Shown: positions 46,841-56,560, numbered from the stretch's first letter. The stretch: DNA of 64,000 nt from Planctomycetota bacterium (GCA_046290465.1 JBKAGP010000001.1:4576001-4640000); one strand, 5' to 3'. Made by a program: numbers and translations. The notes: a model not told the origin generated them from the sequence alone.

Positions 46841-49315
46841 ATGGTCCGAACTGGCAACAACCTGGCTACCGGTTTCCTCGGTCCCGTCAAGGGATGGGGC
46901 AGTCTGGTGCCGTCGGCGCAGCACGCGCTGCAGCTGCCGCGCGACGCGCGCGAGTGGCGCGCTGGTGAGGATCGCAACGACACGCTCGACCTGGTCGAGC
47001 TGACGGCGTTCACCGAGTCGATGGGACGGGTCGAGGACGCGTTCGTCGACTTCGCGGCGCTGCTGCGCGACGGCGGTTCGCTGCTCGTCGACGTCGACAA
47101 CCTGCAGTCGGCGCGCATGCTGCGCATGGTCGTCGAAGGGCGGCCGGGCAGCTTCGACCCGGTCGGCAGCTCCAAGGACCCGTCGCAGCCGTTGCTGCTG
47201 CGTCGCGTGCTGGCCGCCGCCTCCGCCGCCGGCCTGCTGGTCCGCGACGTGCTCAGCGTGCCGTCCGGCGCCGAGGAGTTCGGCCGCGAACTGGCCGGCA
47301 ACCTGTTCGGCACCGGCTTGATGCCGCTCGACTGGCTGACCGGCACGCCGCCTTCGCGCTACTGGCTGCAGTGCGAGAAGGTCCGTTCGCTGGCGGGCTC
47401 GGTGCTGGTCGCCGGCGGCGATGCAGCCGCACGCGGCGCCACCGAGAACGCCTTGCGCGCCTTCCTGCCCGACGACTGGGAGATCGTCACCGCCGACGCG
47501 ATCGGCGAGCGCGCCCAGTGGAACCGCGCCGTTGCGACCGCGCGCGGCGACGTGCTCTGGTTCTTGCGGGCCGGCATGCAGCCGACCGTCGAGCAGTTCG
47601 AGGCGATGTCGCCGCGTGGCTGCATCGGCGTGGTCGCGCCGGCTCGAGGCGGTGTGCCCAGCATCGCCGGAGACATCGCGGGCCTGATGATGCCGCGCCT
47701 CGACGCGCTGTTCGTCGGCCCGATCTGCGAGCAGACCGGCAACTCCCAGGTCGCGCTCGAGGACTACACCATGCGGCTCGACAGCAAGCTGCCGCCCGCG
47801 TGGACCGTCGAGGCCCTGCTGACGGCGCCGCCGGCGCCGATCGAACGCCCCGCGCAGTTCGAGCAGGACACCCGCGAGCTGGTCGAGCGCTGGTCGGCGC
47901 TCGATCCGCAGCAACGAACGAACCCGCGAAGCGCGGCCGAGGCTCCGTCGCCCAGCCCCCAGACGGCCCCCTGGCTCGGCCGCGCTCCGCGTATTTCCCT
48001 CTGCATGATCGCGCGCGACGAGGAGCGCTTCCTCGGCGAGTGCCTCGAACATGCCCGCGACGCGTTCGACGAATTGGTGCTCGTCGACACCGGCTCCACC
48101 GACCGCACGGTCGAGATCGCCGAGTCGTACGGCGCCAAGGTCGTGCACGATCCGTGGGACGACGACTTCTCGCGGCCGCGCAACAAGGCGATCGAGGCGG
48201 CGACCGGCGACTGGATCCTGGTGCTCGACGCCGACGAGTTCATCCTCGGGGACGGCTGCCAGCGCATCCGCGAACTGGCGCAGAACCCGCAGGCGCTCGG
48301 CTACCACCTGCGCTTCACCAACCTCTACACCGGCGGCAAGACCATCGGCGTGATGATGGTGCGGCTGTTCCGCAACCTGCCGGGCATCGCCTACGAGAAC
48401 GTCATCCACGAACAGGTCACGCCGAGCCTGCAGGCGGTCGGCGGCCCGATGGGGCTGACGCTGCTCAGCGCCGAGGTCGAGGTCGAACACCACGGCTACA
48501 CCGAGCAGGTGATGGACGACCGCAGCAAGAACGAGCGCAACGAGCGCCTGTTCTTGAAGCAGATGGAGCTGCAGCCCGAGGACATCTACGGGCACTACAA
48601 GTACGGCGACTTCCTGCGCCGCGTCCCCGGCCGCACCGAGGACGCCCGGCGCCTGCTCGACCGCTGCTTCGACCTGATCGTCGCGGCGCCGCCGACGACG
48701 CCGCGTTCGCTGCCGTACGCGGGTGAGGTCGCGGCGCTGTGTGCGCTCGAGGCCGAACGCGCCGGCGACTCGCCGCGCGCGCGCGCGGTGGTCGACGTGG
48801 CGCTGCGCCGGTTCGTGCCGACGCCCAACCTGCACTACCTCGCCGCCAGCCTGGCGATCGCCGACGGCGACAGCGAGTGTGCGATCCACCACTACCGCCG
48901 CTGCATGGCCTACCGCGACAAGGTGCTGGTCGTGCCGATCCAGGAGGGCATCACCAGCTACGTGTCGCTCGCCGGGATCGCGCAGGCCTGGTTGCTGCGC
49001 GGTGACCGCGAGCGCGCGCAGCGTCTGCTCGAACAGGCGATCGCGATCGAACCGTCCTACGAGGTGGCGCACCTCAACCTGTCGCGCCTGCACCTCGAGA
49101 CCGGCGACGTGCAGCAGGCGCTGCAGGTCCTGACGACCTTCCTGGCGCAGCACCCGGACAGTCCGGGCGCGTGCCAGCAGACGATGCTTCTCCTGCACCA
49201 GCTCGGCCGCAACGACGCGGCGCGCGAGATGGGCAGGCACACCGTGCGGTTGCTCGAGGCGCGTTGCCTCGACCGTGAGGCGGCCGCCGTGAACCAACTT
49301 CTGGCCAGGCTGTGA
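46841..49315 (+). CDS. Multidomain GT2 glycosyltransferase with TPR repeats and degenerate N-terminal domains
   Basis: ISLCMIARDEE, VDTGSTDRT, WDDDFSRPRN, WILVLDADE, IHEQ, HHGY; C-terminal TPRs. Confidence 0.85.
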   Translation: MVRTGNNLATGFLGPVKGWGSLVPSAQHALQLPRDAREWRAGEDRNDTLDLVELTAFTESMGRVEDAFVDFAALLRDGGSLLVDVDNLQSARMLRMVVEGRPGSFDPVGSSKDPSQPLLLRRVLAAASAAGLLVRDVLSVPSGAEEFGRELAGNLFGTGLMPLDWLTGTPPSRYWLQCEKVRSLAGSVLVAGGDAAARGATENALRAFLPDDWEIVTADAIGERAQWNRAVATARGDVLWFLRAGMQPTVEQFEAMSPRGCIGVVAPARGGVPSIAGDIAGLMMPRLDALFVGPICEQTGNSQVALEDYTMRLDSKLPPAWTVEALLTAPPAPIERPAQFEQDTRELVERWSALDPQQRTNPRSAAEAPSPSPQTAPWLGRAPRISLCMIARDEERFLGECLEHARDAFDELVLVDTGSTDRTVEIAESYGAKVVHDPWDDDFSRPRNKAIEAATGDWILVLDADEFILGDGCQRIRELAQNPQALGYHLRFTNLYTGGKTIGVMMVRLFRNLPGIAYENVIHEQVTPSLQAVGGPMGLTLLSAEVEVEHHGYTEQVMDDRSKNERNERLFLKQMELQPEDIYGHYKYGDFLRRVPGRTEDARRLLDRCFDLIVAAPPTTPRSLPYAGEVAALCALEAERAGDSPRARAVVDVALRRFVPTPNLHYLAASLAIADGDSECAIHHYRRCMAYRDKVLVVPIQEGITSYVSLAGIAQAWLLRGDRERAQRLLEQAIAIEPSYEVAHLNLSRLHLETGDVQQALQVLTTFLAQHPDSPGACQQTMLLLHQLGRNDAAREMGRHTVRLLEARCLDREAAAVNQLLARL

Positions 49316-49351
49316 CTGGCCGCATACCCCCCCGGAACGGAGAGAGAGACG

Positions 49352-50053
49352 ATGACTACGACCCAACAGAACCCGACGACGCCGTCGTCGATCCCGCAGC
49401 AGGCCAACCCTCAGCAGGCCAACCCTCAGCAGGCCAACCTCCAGCAGGCCAACCTCCAGCAGGCCAACCTCCAGCAAGGCTTCCAGGCGATCCCGACGCG
49501 GATCCGCGACATGCGCGACGCCCAGGTGCCGCCGCTGGTCGTCGAGCCCGCGTCGGACCAGGACAAGGCCGCGATCCGTCAGAGCCTGTCCGAACTCGGC
49601 ATCAAGCTCGCCGAGATCCACCGCACGGCCGCCGAGGCCTACCTGTCGCAGGGTCTCTACGACCAGGCGCTGCCGCACCTCGAAGCCGCCGCGACGTTCT
49701 CGCCGAGCGAACTCGAGTACCACATGCAGCTCGGCTTCGTGCAGTACGTCACCGGTGACGACGCGAGCGCGATCAAGTCGTTCAACCAGGTCATCAGCGA
49801 AGACGAGGACAACGCCGAGGCGTGGTTCAACCTGGGCATGGTCGTGTTCGGCCAAGAGCAGTTCACCGAGGCCGAGTACTGCTTCCGTCGCGCCAGCGAG
49901 CTGGAGGCCAACGACGCGCAGACCTGGAACAACCGCGGTGTCTGCCTGTGGAAGCTCGAGCGCAACGAAGAGGCGCGCACCTGCTTCCAGAACGCGCTGC
50001 AGCTCGATCCGCAGGACGAGGACGCGCAGTACAACCTGCAGAACATCAGCTGA
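49352..50053 (+). CDS. TPR protein with N-terminal QQAN(P/L) repeats
   Basis: AWFNLG, TWNNRG, ALQLDP TPR consensus. Confidence 0.85.
   Translation: MTTTQQNPTTPSSIPQQANPQQANPQQANLQQANLQQANLQQGFQAIPTRIRDMRDAQVPPLVVEPASDQDKAAIRQSLSELGIKLAEIHRTAAEAYLSQGLYDQALPHLEAAATFSPSELEYHMQLGFVQYVTGDDASAIKSFNQVISEDEDNAEAWFNLGMVVFGQEQFTEAEYCFRRASELEANDAQTWNNRGVCLWKLERNEEARTCFQNALQLDPQDEDAQYNLQNIS
49397..49471 (+). repeat. 15-bp in-frame tandem repeat, 5 copies
   Basis: cagcaggccaaccct x2, cagcaggccaacctc x3. Confidence 0.9.
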
Positions 50054-50100
50054 TCGAACCCGGCGATTCGCTGCGGTGGGGAACCACCGCGGCACCGGGG

Positions 50101-50118
50101 GCCGGCCTTCGGGCCGGC
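50101..50118 (+). terminator. GC hairpin with cUUCGg loop after the TPR gene
   Basis: gccggcc-ttcg-ggccggc; no U-tract. Confidence 0.4.
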
Positions 50119-50148
50119 GATGCTCCTACGTACGGACCGTGGGTGCGG

Positions 50149-50196
50149 CGGGTCGTATGACGGGTCGGATGGCGGGTCGGATGGTGGGTCCGATGC
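50149..50196. repeat. 12-bp imperfect tandem repeat, 4 copies
   Basis: cgggtcgtatga cgggtcggatgg cgggtcggatgg tgggtccgatgc. Confidence 0.75.
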
Positions 50197-50212
50197 CGGT
50201 GCGCTGTGAGTT

Positions 50213-50390
50213 GTAGCTGCACCAGAACCGGAAGCGACCCGAACCCGCAAGAGCAGGGTGCCTGCACGTCGAGGGAAGCCGGCCAAGGGTCGAGGGCCGA
50301 GCATCCGCACGTGCATCCAGGAGGGCATCGTGCTCTGCGCCGGGCAGGCCCCGGGCAGGCCGTAGGACTGCTCGAGGCGGATGCAGCGAC
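50213..50390 (+). ncRNA. Candidate rod-shaped structured ncRNA (6S-like architecture)
   Basis: Nested complementary segments gctgca/tgcagc, cccg/cggg, gagca/tgctc, gtgcc/ggcat, tgcacgt/acgtgca, cggcc/ggccg, plus a side hairpin; no credible ORF. Confidence 0.35.
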
Positions 50391-50481
50391 CGGCGGCTGC
50401 AGGCTGCCATAGGCTGCAGCCACCGGTCGTGCGGACGCTACGGACGTGGCTTCGCGAGGGCCGCGTCCGTGACGCCGTGGA

Positions 50482-50952
50482 TCAGTCGCCGGCCGCGCTT
50501 ACGAACAGGACCGTGCGCGTTCCGGAGCGTTCGTCGAACGCGACCGTCACGCGGTCGTCGACCCGGAGGTCGCTGCGCGATGCCGGGTCGCCGTTGCGGT
50601 AGATCGGCGTCTCGAGCTGGAGCTCGACCGCGACCAGCTTGCCGCCGTCCTGGACCTTGAGCTGGTCGCGGGCGACGGTGTCGACCTGGCCGCGCAGGAC
50701 CTCGTCGGCGGCAGCGAGCTGCGCCTTCAGGTGCTCGGGAAGCGGCGCCGGCTCTTCGGAGCCGTTGACGACGTCCTTCGCCTCGCGTCCCAGGCGCTCG
50801 AGGTCGCGCTCGACGCGCTGCTTGTCGACGGTGACGCCGACCGAGCTGCTGTTGTGAGCATGCGCGGCGTCGAACTCGATCCAGCCGGCGAACCAGCCGA
50901 TACCGCCGACGATCAGCGCGAGCAGGAAGATGAAACCTAGTGTCTTCAACAT
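50482..50952 (-). CDS. Small membrane-anchored protein with C-terminal OB-like (DUF5666-like) domain
   Basis: MLKTLGFIFLLAL TM; ETPIYRNGDPASRSDLRVDDRVTV. Confidence 0.65.
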   Translation of the reverse strand: MLKTLGFIFLLALIVGGIGWFAGWIEFDAAHAHNSSSVGVTVDKQRVERDLERLGREAKDVVNGSEEPAPLPEHLKAQLAAADEVLRGQVDTVARDQLKVQDGGKLVAVELQLETPIYRNGDPASRSDLRVDDRVTVAFDERSGTRTVLFVSAAGD

Positions 50953-50974
50953 GTGAAACCTCTGCCGTGGATGT

Positions 50975-50990
50975 AGCAACGTCCGTGCCG
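50975..50990 (-). promoter_or_regulatory. Sigma54 promoter
   Basis: CGGCACG-GACG-TTGCT. Confidence 0.75.
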
Positions 50991-51082
50991 CGTGTGGGCG
51001 TGGGCGGGTTGCGGAAACGAAGCGGGCCGAGGTGGGCGCGGTGCCCGACCTCGGCCCGTCGATCGACGTGGTCGATGGTTCG

Positions 51083-51883
51083 TTACGGGCGATCGCCGCC
51101 TTCGCGGTCCTCCTCTTCGCCTGCGCGCGCCTTCGAGCGAGCCTCGTCGGCTTGCTCCGACGCGCCGGTGTCGATGCTGGCCGCGAAGATCTGGTCGATC
51201 GGTTCGACCGGCTGCAGGCGCGCCGCTTCCGGAACCTCCTGACGACGGGCGTCGATCATCTCCCGGCGCAGGGCGACGCGGCGTTCGGCGACCTTGGCCT
51301 CGAGCAGCGACTGCTCGACGCGGTCGACCGCCTGGCACACCTTGGCGCGGTACGACGGCACATCGACCTCGGAGGCCTGCGGGCGATCGAGTTGGGCGAC
51401 GGCCTCGGCCTTATGGAGTTCGAGGCGCGCATCGGCGAGGCAGGCGCGGCTCTCGACCAGCGCCTTGCGCTTCACGGCGAGCGTGGCGACGTCGTCGTAG
51501 TAGGCGCGCTTGGCGTGCTCCAGGCGGCGGGCGTCGTTGATCTCGACGACCAGCGCTTCGGCCTCGCGGACCTGCTCCTGGCCGCTGTGGCGGCGCGCGT
51601 GGTGCACGCGGCTGGTGGCGTCGGCCAGCCGCGCTTCGGTGGTCGAGCAGTTGGCGTCGGCGAGGTCGCGCAGGTTGCGAACCTCGTTCAGGTCACGATC
51701 GGCGATCGCGACCTGCTCGCGGTACTCCGCGGCCTCACGTCGGGTCGCATCGATCCGGTCTTGCTTCGCCTCCGGAACGAACGCGAGCAAGCCGTCGCGC
51801 TCGTTGCTCGGCAGGTCGTGGTGGGTGGAACAGCCGACGGCGAACATGGAGCTGGCCAGCAGGGGGAAGGTGATTGCTTTCAT
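51083..51883 (-). CDS. Coiled-coil lipoprotein
   Basis: Lipobox AVGC; helical, Ala/Glu/Arg-rich. Confidence 0.7.
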   Translation of the reverse strand: MKAITFPLLASSMFAVGCSTHHDLPSNERDGLLAFVPEAKQDRIDATRREAAEYREQVAIADRDLNEVRNLRDLADANCSTTEARLADATSRVHHARRHSGQEQVREAEALVVEINDARRLEHAKRAYYDDVATLAVKRKALVESRACLADARLELHKAEAVAQLDRPQASEVDVPSYRAKVCQAVDRVEQSLLEAKVAERRVALRREMIDARRQEVPEAARLQPVEPIDQIFAASIDTGASEQADEARSKARAGEEEDREGGDRP

Positions 51884-51918
51884 GATGGGCCTTGCCTCGT
51901 GGGCGGTAGGCCGCGGGT

Positions 51919-51934
51919 TCCAACAACCGTGCCA
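51919..51934 (-). promoter_or_regulatory. Sigma54 promoter with variant -12
   Basis: TGGCACG-GTTG-TTGGA. Confidence 0.5.
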
Positions 51935-52136
51935 GGGCCCGGGTGGCGGCGCATCGGCACGAGGTTGCGGCCCTCGCGCGGGCAGGCGCCGGGCTGAGGT
52001 CGCGGTGCGTTCTCGCGGACGATGGCGGTGCGCCGTGGACCGTGTCGTTTCTACAAAGCACGACGATCTGCTCGGGTGCGGTGCGCGGCGGCTCCGCGAC
52101 GCTGCGTCGACGGCCGCGTCGGCGTGCGGCGGGGCG

Positions 52137-52152
52137 TGGCTCGGCAGTTGCA
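52137..52152 (+). promoter_or_regulatory. Sigma54 promoter
   Basis: TGGCTCG-GCAG-TTGCA, 20 nt before the ATG. Confidence 0.7.
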
Positions 52153-52172
52153 CGTCGCGAGACGCTCACGCG

Positions 52173-53693
52173 ATGAAGAACAGCTTTCGAGAAGACCCGG
52201 TGGACGACCTGCTCGCGATCGGCGCGGTCGACCAGGACAGTGCCAGGATCTGGGTTCGCAGCGCCACTCCGGGCCCACACGTATTGGAGGTGGCGGAGGC
52301 CGGCGACGCGGCGCGGCGACGCGTGCCGTTCGACGTGCCGGCGGACCCTGCTGCGGACAACCTGGCCGTGGTCACGGCGAACGGGCTCGCGCCGGGACGC
52401 GCGCACACCGTTGCCGTCGAACGCCCGGCGGACGAGGTCCTGCCGGCTCGGTCGATCGGAGCAGGTCGCTTCCGGACCGCGCCCGATACCGCAGGCGAGC
52501 GCGTCACGATCGGCGTGATGAGCTGCCACCAGCCGTTCGACGAGCAGGGTCGCTTCGATCCGGACGCGCGTGCGATGCTGGCGGGAGCCGACCAGCTGCT
52601 GCGCGAACGTGACGCCGCGTTCGTCTTGATGCTGGGCGACCAGATGTACTCCGACGCGCCCGACGGCTGCTCGCTGTACGACGACGACCACTTCGCGACC
52701 GTCGCGCCGCCGGGGCGCCGTCGCCTGCTCGACTGCGACGCGAACGAGGTCCGCAGGCTCTATCGCGAACGCCATCGCCGGTTCTTCGCGATGCCGGGCT
52801 GGCGCGAGCTGCTGGCAGGACGTCCGTGCTACGCGACGCTCGACGACCACGAGGTGGTCAACAACTGGGGCTCGTCGCCAGCGCACGACAGCGACGAATG
52901 GGCGGCTGTCCGGGACGGTGCGCTGCGCGCGTTCGTCGACTACCAGGGCAGCCGCGTCTACGACGTGCCCGAGCGACTGCCGCCGTCGCTGCACTTCTCG
53001 TTCTGCCACGGGCCGGTCGCGGTGATGGTCACCGACATGCGCACGCCGCGCTCGATCGCGCGTGGCACGCTGTTCGGCGAGCACCAGCTCACGGCGATCG
53101 AACGGTTCCTGCGGATGCACCGCGACGCGCCGGTCGCGGTCGTCGCGACGTCCCTGCCGTTGTTCCACATCCCCAAGCCGATGGCCTACCTGGGCGGCCT
53201 GCTGACCCCCGACGGCGACGACTTCTCCGATCGCGCGATCCACCCCGCGTTCGAGCACGAGTACCGGCGGATCTGCGCGATCCTGCGCTCGCACGTCGAA
53301 CGCCACCCCGAGCAGCAACTGGTGCTGGTCAGCGGCGACATCCATCTCGGTGCGATCTGCGCGATCGAGTGGCCCGGCGGCAGCAAGGCGGCGCAGCTGA
53401 TCTCGAGCGGCGTCACGCGCAGCCCGGAGACGGGCGTGGCCCTCGCCAGTTCTGCGGCGGTGCAGATGTCGCACCTGTCGCCGGATCGGTCCGGCGACGT
53501 GCCGTCCGCGACCGTGGTCGAGACCGAGGCGGACAACCCGTTCCTCAACCGCAACATGGGACTCGTCGACGTCGTGCCCGATGGGGACGGTGGGTATGCG
53601 GTTGAGCTTTCGCTGCACGGCCTGCTCGATGGTGGGCGCGATGGCGGTCGCTTCGGGGAAGCCGTCCGACAGCGGATGCACGGTCAGGGGTGA
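52173..53693 (+). CDS. PhoD-like metallophosphatase
   Basis: GRFRTAP, MSC, LGDQMYSD, LDDHEVVNNW, DMRT, SGDIH. Confidence 0.85.
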   Translation: MKNSFREDPVDDLLAIGAVDQDSARIWVRSATPGPHVLEVAEAGDAARRRVPFDVPADPAADNLAVVTANGLAPGRAHTVAVERPADEVLPARSIGAGRFRTAPDTAGERVTIGVMSCHQPFDEQGRFDPDARAMLAGADQLLRERDAAFVLMLGDQMYSDAPDGCSLYDDDHFATVAPPGRRRLLDCDANEVRRLYRERHRRFFAMPGWRELLAGRPCYATLDDHEVVNNWGSSPAHDSDEWAAVRDGALRAFVDYQGSRVYDVPERLPPSLHFSFCHGPVAVMVTDMRTPRSIARGTLFGEHQLTAIERFLRMHRDAPVAVVATSLPLFHIPKPMAYLGGLLTPDGDDFSDRAIHPAFEHEYRRICAILRSHVERHPEQQLVLVSGDIHLGAICAIEWPGGSKAAQLISSGVTRSPETGVALASSAAVQMSHLSPDRSGDVPSATVVETEADNPFLNRNMGLVDVVPDGDGGYAVELSLHGLLDGGRDGGRFGEAVRQRMHGQG

Positions 53694-53717
53694 TCCCGCG
53701 AACGGAGACCTGGAAGC

Positions 53718-54623
53718 GTGCTTAGAACGAAGCGGGCAGCAGCCATCACGTGGCGGGCGGTCGTGGGATTCGTCGAGGACGATGCGTTGACCCACAGCGC
53801 CGCGGTCGCGTTCTACAGCGTGCTGTCGCTGGCACCGATCCTCGTGCTGATGCTCTGGGTCTCGTCCGGACTTGGCGACGAGGTTCAAGGCCAGTTGGTC
53901 GAGGAGCTGGCTCGGTTGATGGGCGCCGAGAGCGCCGAGGTCGTGCGTCGCGTGATGGAGATCACGGACACCACCGACGACGAGACCGCGACCATGTCCG
54001 GGTGGCTCAGCGGCGGCATGCTGGTCCTGTCTGCCACGGCCGTGTTCGCGCAGTTGCAGTTCGCGCTCAACGCTATCTGGGAAGTCCCTGCAAGGTCCGA
54101 TCGCAAGATGATCCTGCCGTGGTTGCGCAAACGAATGCTGTCGCTCGGACTGATCGTGTCGACCGGCTTCCTGCTGTTGGTTTCGATGATCGTCAGCTCC
54201 GCGCTGACGGCGGTCCTCGGCGCGCTCCACGATCAGTTGTTCGAGACCTCGACGATCGTCTGGGTGCTCACGGAACAGGCGCTGCCGTTCGCCGTCTACC
54301 TGCTGCTGTTCATGGCGGTGTTCCGGTTCGTGCCCGACGTGCGGCTGCGGTGGCGCGACGTGGCCTTCGGTTCGTTGGTCACCGCAGGCCTGTTCCTGCT
54401 CGGCAAGTCGTGCATCGGGATCTACCTTGGCACCAGCGGGCTCCGTTCGAGCTATGGCGCCGCCGGCTCGCTGGCGATGATGTCGATCTGGGTCTACTAC
54501 TCGGTGGCGATCGTCCTGTTCGGTGCCGAGCTGACCAAGGCGCGGGTCGGGGCTCGCGACCAGGCCGTGCCGTTGGAGGCGCATGCCGGGCAGGCGTCGG
54601 CGCAGGCTCGTTCGCTTGACTGA
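53718..54623 (+). CDS. YihY/BrkB family membrane protein
   Basis: SAAVAFYSVLSLAP, LQFALNAIW, YGAAGSL...WVYYS...FGAE. Confidence 0.92.
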   Translation: MLRTKRAAAITWRAVVGFVEDDALTHSAAVAFYSVLSLAPILVLMLWVSSGLGDEVQGQLVEELARLMGAESAEVVRRVMEITDTTDDETATMSGWLSGGMLVLSATAVFAQLQFALNAIWEVPARSDRKMILPWLRKRMLSLGLIVSTGFLLLVSMIVSSALTAVLGALHDQLFETSTIVWVLTEQALPFAVYLLLFMAVFRFVPDVRLRWRDVAFGSLVTAGLFLLGKSCIGIYLGTSGLRSSYGAAGSLAMMSIWVYYSVAIVLFGAELTKARVGARDQAVPLEAHAGQASAQARSLD

Positions 54624-54678
54624 TTCCTTCACGCGATGTTGCCCCGACTCGCGTCGCCGAGCCGGTGGCGTCGCGCCG

Positions 54679-55338
54679 TCAATCGAGCTGCGTGATCAAC
54701 CAGGCACCGCCGAGCAGCCCGGAGGCCGTGGCGGTGAGCACGGCGACCTTGGGAAATCGGGCCGCCAGCACCATCGCTCCGCCGACGACGGCAGCCGCGA
54801 CGGCGAGCAGGAGCGACTCGAGCAGCCAGTCCTGCAGGGTCCAGCTGCTGTCGGTGTGTGGCGCAACGGACGTCGGCGCGGGGTTGCGGGCCAGTTGTGT
54901 CTTCGCTTCGCGGTCTCCGCCCTGGGCTCGAACCTGCTCGAAGGTTGCCCTTCGCTTTGCGACGCGGGCCTCGACTTCGGTCGCCGTCGCGGTCCGTTCG
55001 CTGGGCAGGCCGGTCGACGCGTCGGGGCTGCCGTCTGCGCCGCTGCGCGCGTCGACGCGGCCTTCGTCGATCTTCGGCGGCTCGCTCGCGTGCGCGGGAC
55101 GATCGAGAGGCTGTGTCGCAACCTCCGAGAACGCCGCGGCATCCTCAGGATCGTCGCCGGCTTCTGTGCCGCCGACGACCTCGTCGTCGTCGTCATCAAC
55201 GGCCTGCTCGGGCCGGAACGGCCGATCGCTGTCGACGACTTCGAGGCGTTCGAGCGGCTGCTGCCGCTCGACCCCGCCGAACAGGCTGCAGCCGCAGATG
55301 GCCAGCAACGGCAACCAGAGGATCGATCGCGCGTTCAT
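54679..55338 (-). CDS. Hypothetical lipoprotein with C-terminal TM helices
   Basis: ICGC lipobox-like; ATGA overlap with the DUF748 gene. Confidence 0.55.
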   Translation of the reverse strand: MNARSILWLPLLAICGCSLFGGVERQQPLERLEVVDSDRPFRPEQAVDDDDDEVVGGTEAGDDPEDAAAFSEVATQPLDRPAHASEPPKIDEGRVDARSGADGSPDASTGLPSERTATATEVEARVAKRRATFEQVRAQGGDREAKTQLARNPAPTSVAPHTDSSWTLQDWLLESLLLAVAAAVVGGAMVLAARFPKVAVLTATASGLLGGAWLITQLD

Positions 55339-56543
55339 CCGGACCTCTGCTGGGGTCCGGAGGAGGTTGGATGCGGTCGGGTGATGTCGTCGAGTTCGAC
55401 CGAATCGTCGATGGCCGGGCCGAGCGCGACCAGGAAGGCGTTGCGCAGGATGCTGCCGACGGCCGTGACGAGGTCGGGCGTCACCTCGCTCCAGGTCCCG
55501 GAGACCGGGGTCCTCGCGGCCAGGCGATCGTGCGGCTGGTTCTCGAGCACTTCGGCAGCGACGGCAACCAGGCCTTCCCACAGGTTCTGGGCTGCATCTA
55601 CGGGCGAGTTCCACTCCTCGAAGTGGGTGACCTGCAGATCCTCGAACAGCGTCTTCACGTAGCCTTCGACCCGCCCCGACGAGCTGGCGAACTCCGAGTA
55701 GACGTCGAGCGTTCCGCCCTCCGCCTCGACGCTGCCGTATGCGGCGAAGAAGTCGTTGAGGTCGGTCAGTTGGAGCTTGCGCACGGACGCGTCGAGTTCG
55801 AATCGCGGCGGGTGCGTCAGCGGGTCGAACCGCAGGCGGGCTTCGAACTCACCTGTGCCGAACGGGCGTCCGGCTGCTTCGACCTCGGCCGGCAACTGCG
55901 CGGCGTCTTCGTCGTCGGTGGCGCCCTCCCCGCGGATGTTGGTCACGTTGAGCGCCTCGAGATAGAAGTCGGTGATGTAGGCGTCGACCATCGGGTCGGT
56001 CCTCACGTCCCGCACGCGGAGTTCCCCATCGCGCACGACGAAGCGGTTGATCTCGAACGGTGCGAACTCATCGAGCCGCGCCGTCCAGTCGGTCTGCTCG
56101 CCGGTTCGCTGCACGGGTTCGTGGTCCGCGAGCGCGAAGTCGGCGACCGGTTGATGCAGCGTGACCTCCGACACGATCCGGCCCCGCAGCAGGCCGGCCC
56201 ACTGCAGGGCGACGTCGATCCTCGCGACGGTCAGCAGCGGTCGCGCCGTGCGGTCGTCTGCTTCGAACAGCCGGAGACCGCGGATCTGGTGGGCGCCGCG
56301 CCACAACTTGAGGTCGACGCCTTCGATGGTCCCCCGCACGTTGTCGGCCTTGTCGAGCACATGGTTGATCCATGCACGCACCACCGAGGGCAGGGCGGCC
56401 CGCGCGCAGACCAGCACCAGCAGCGACCCGCAGAACGCACGCCAGAAGGTCAGGCGGCGTTTGCGGATCCGGTCGCCTGCGCGATCGTGGCACGAGGGAC
56501 TGGCGCCCCGATCCGGCGTGCGATGATGTCGATCGGTTCTCAT
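55335..56543 (-). CDS. DUF748 (AsmA-like) protein
   Basis: VDLKLWRGA, NRFVVRDG, LTDLNDFFAAYG, GYVKTLF, ILRNAF. Confidence 0.75.
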   Translation of the reverse strand: MRTDRHHRTPDRGASPSCHDRAGDRIRKRRLTFWRAFCGSLLVLVCARAALPSVVRAWINHVLDKADNVRGTIEGVDLKLWRGAHQIRGLRLFEADDRTARPLLTVARIDVALQWAGLLRGRIVSEVTLHQPVADFALADHEPVQRTGEQTDWTARLDEFAPFEINRFVVRDGELRVRDVRTDPMVDAYITDFYLEALNVTNIRGEGATDDEDAAQLPAEVEAAGRPFGTGEFEARLRFDPLTHPPRFELDASVRKLQLTDLNDFFAAYGSVEAEGGTLDVYSEFASSSGRVEGYVKTLFEDLQVTHFEEWNSPVDAAQNLWEGLVAVAAEVLENQPHDRLAARTPVSGTWSEVTPDLVTAVGSILRNAFLVALGPAIDDSVELDDITRPHPTSSGPQQRSG

Positions 56544-56560
56544 CGGTCCCGGGTCGCGTG

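Noticed and set aside
50149..50196. Possible CRISPR or iteron repeats
   Set aside because: 12-bp contiguous imperfect units without spacers; no cas or rep gene.
51955..51968. CGGCACG-AGG-TTGC sigma54-like site
   Set aside because: GG-to-GC spacing is 9 instead of the required 10.
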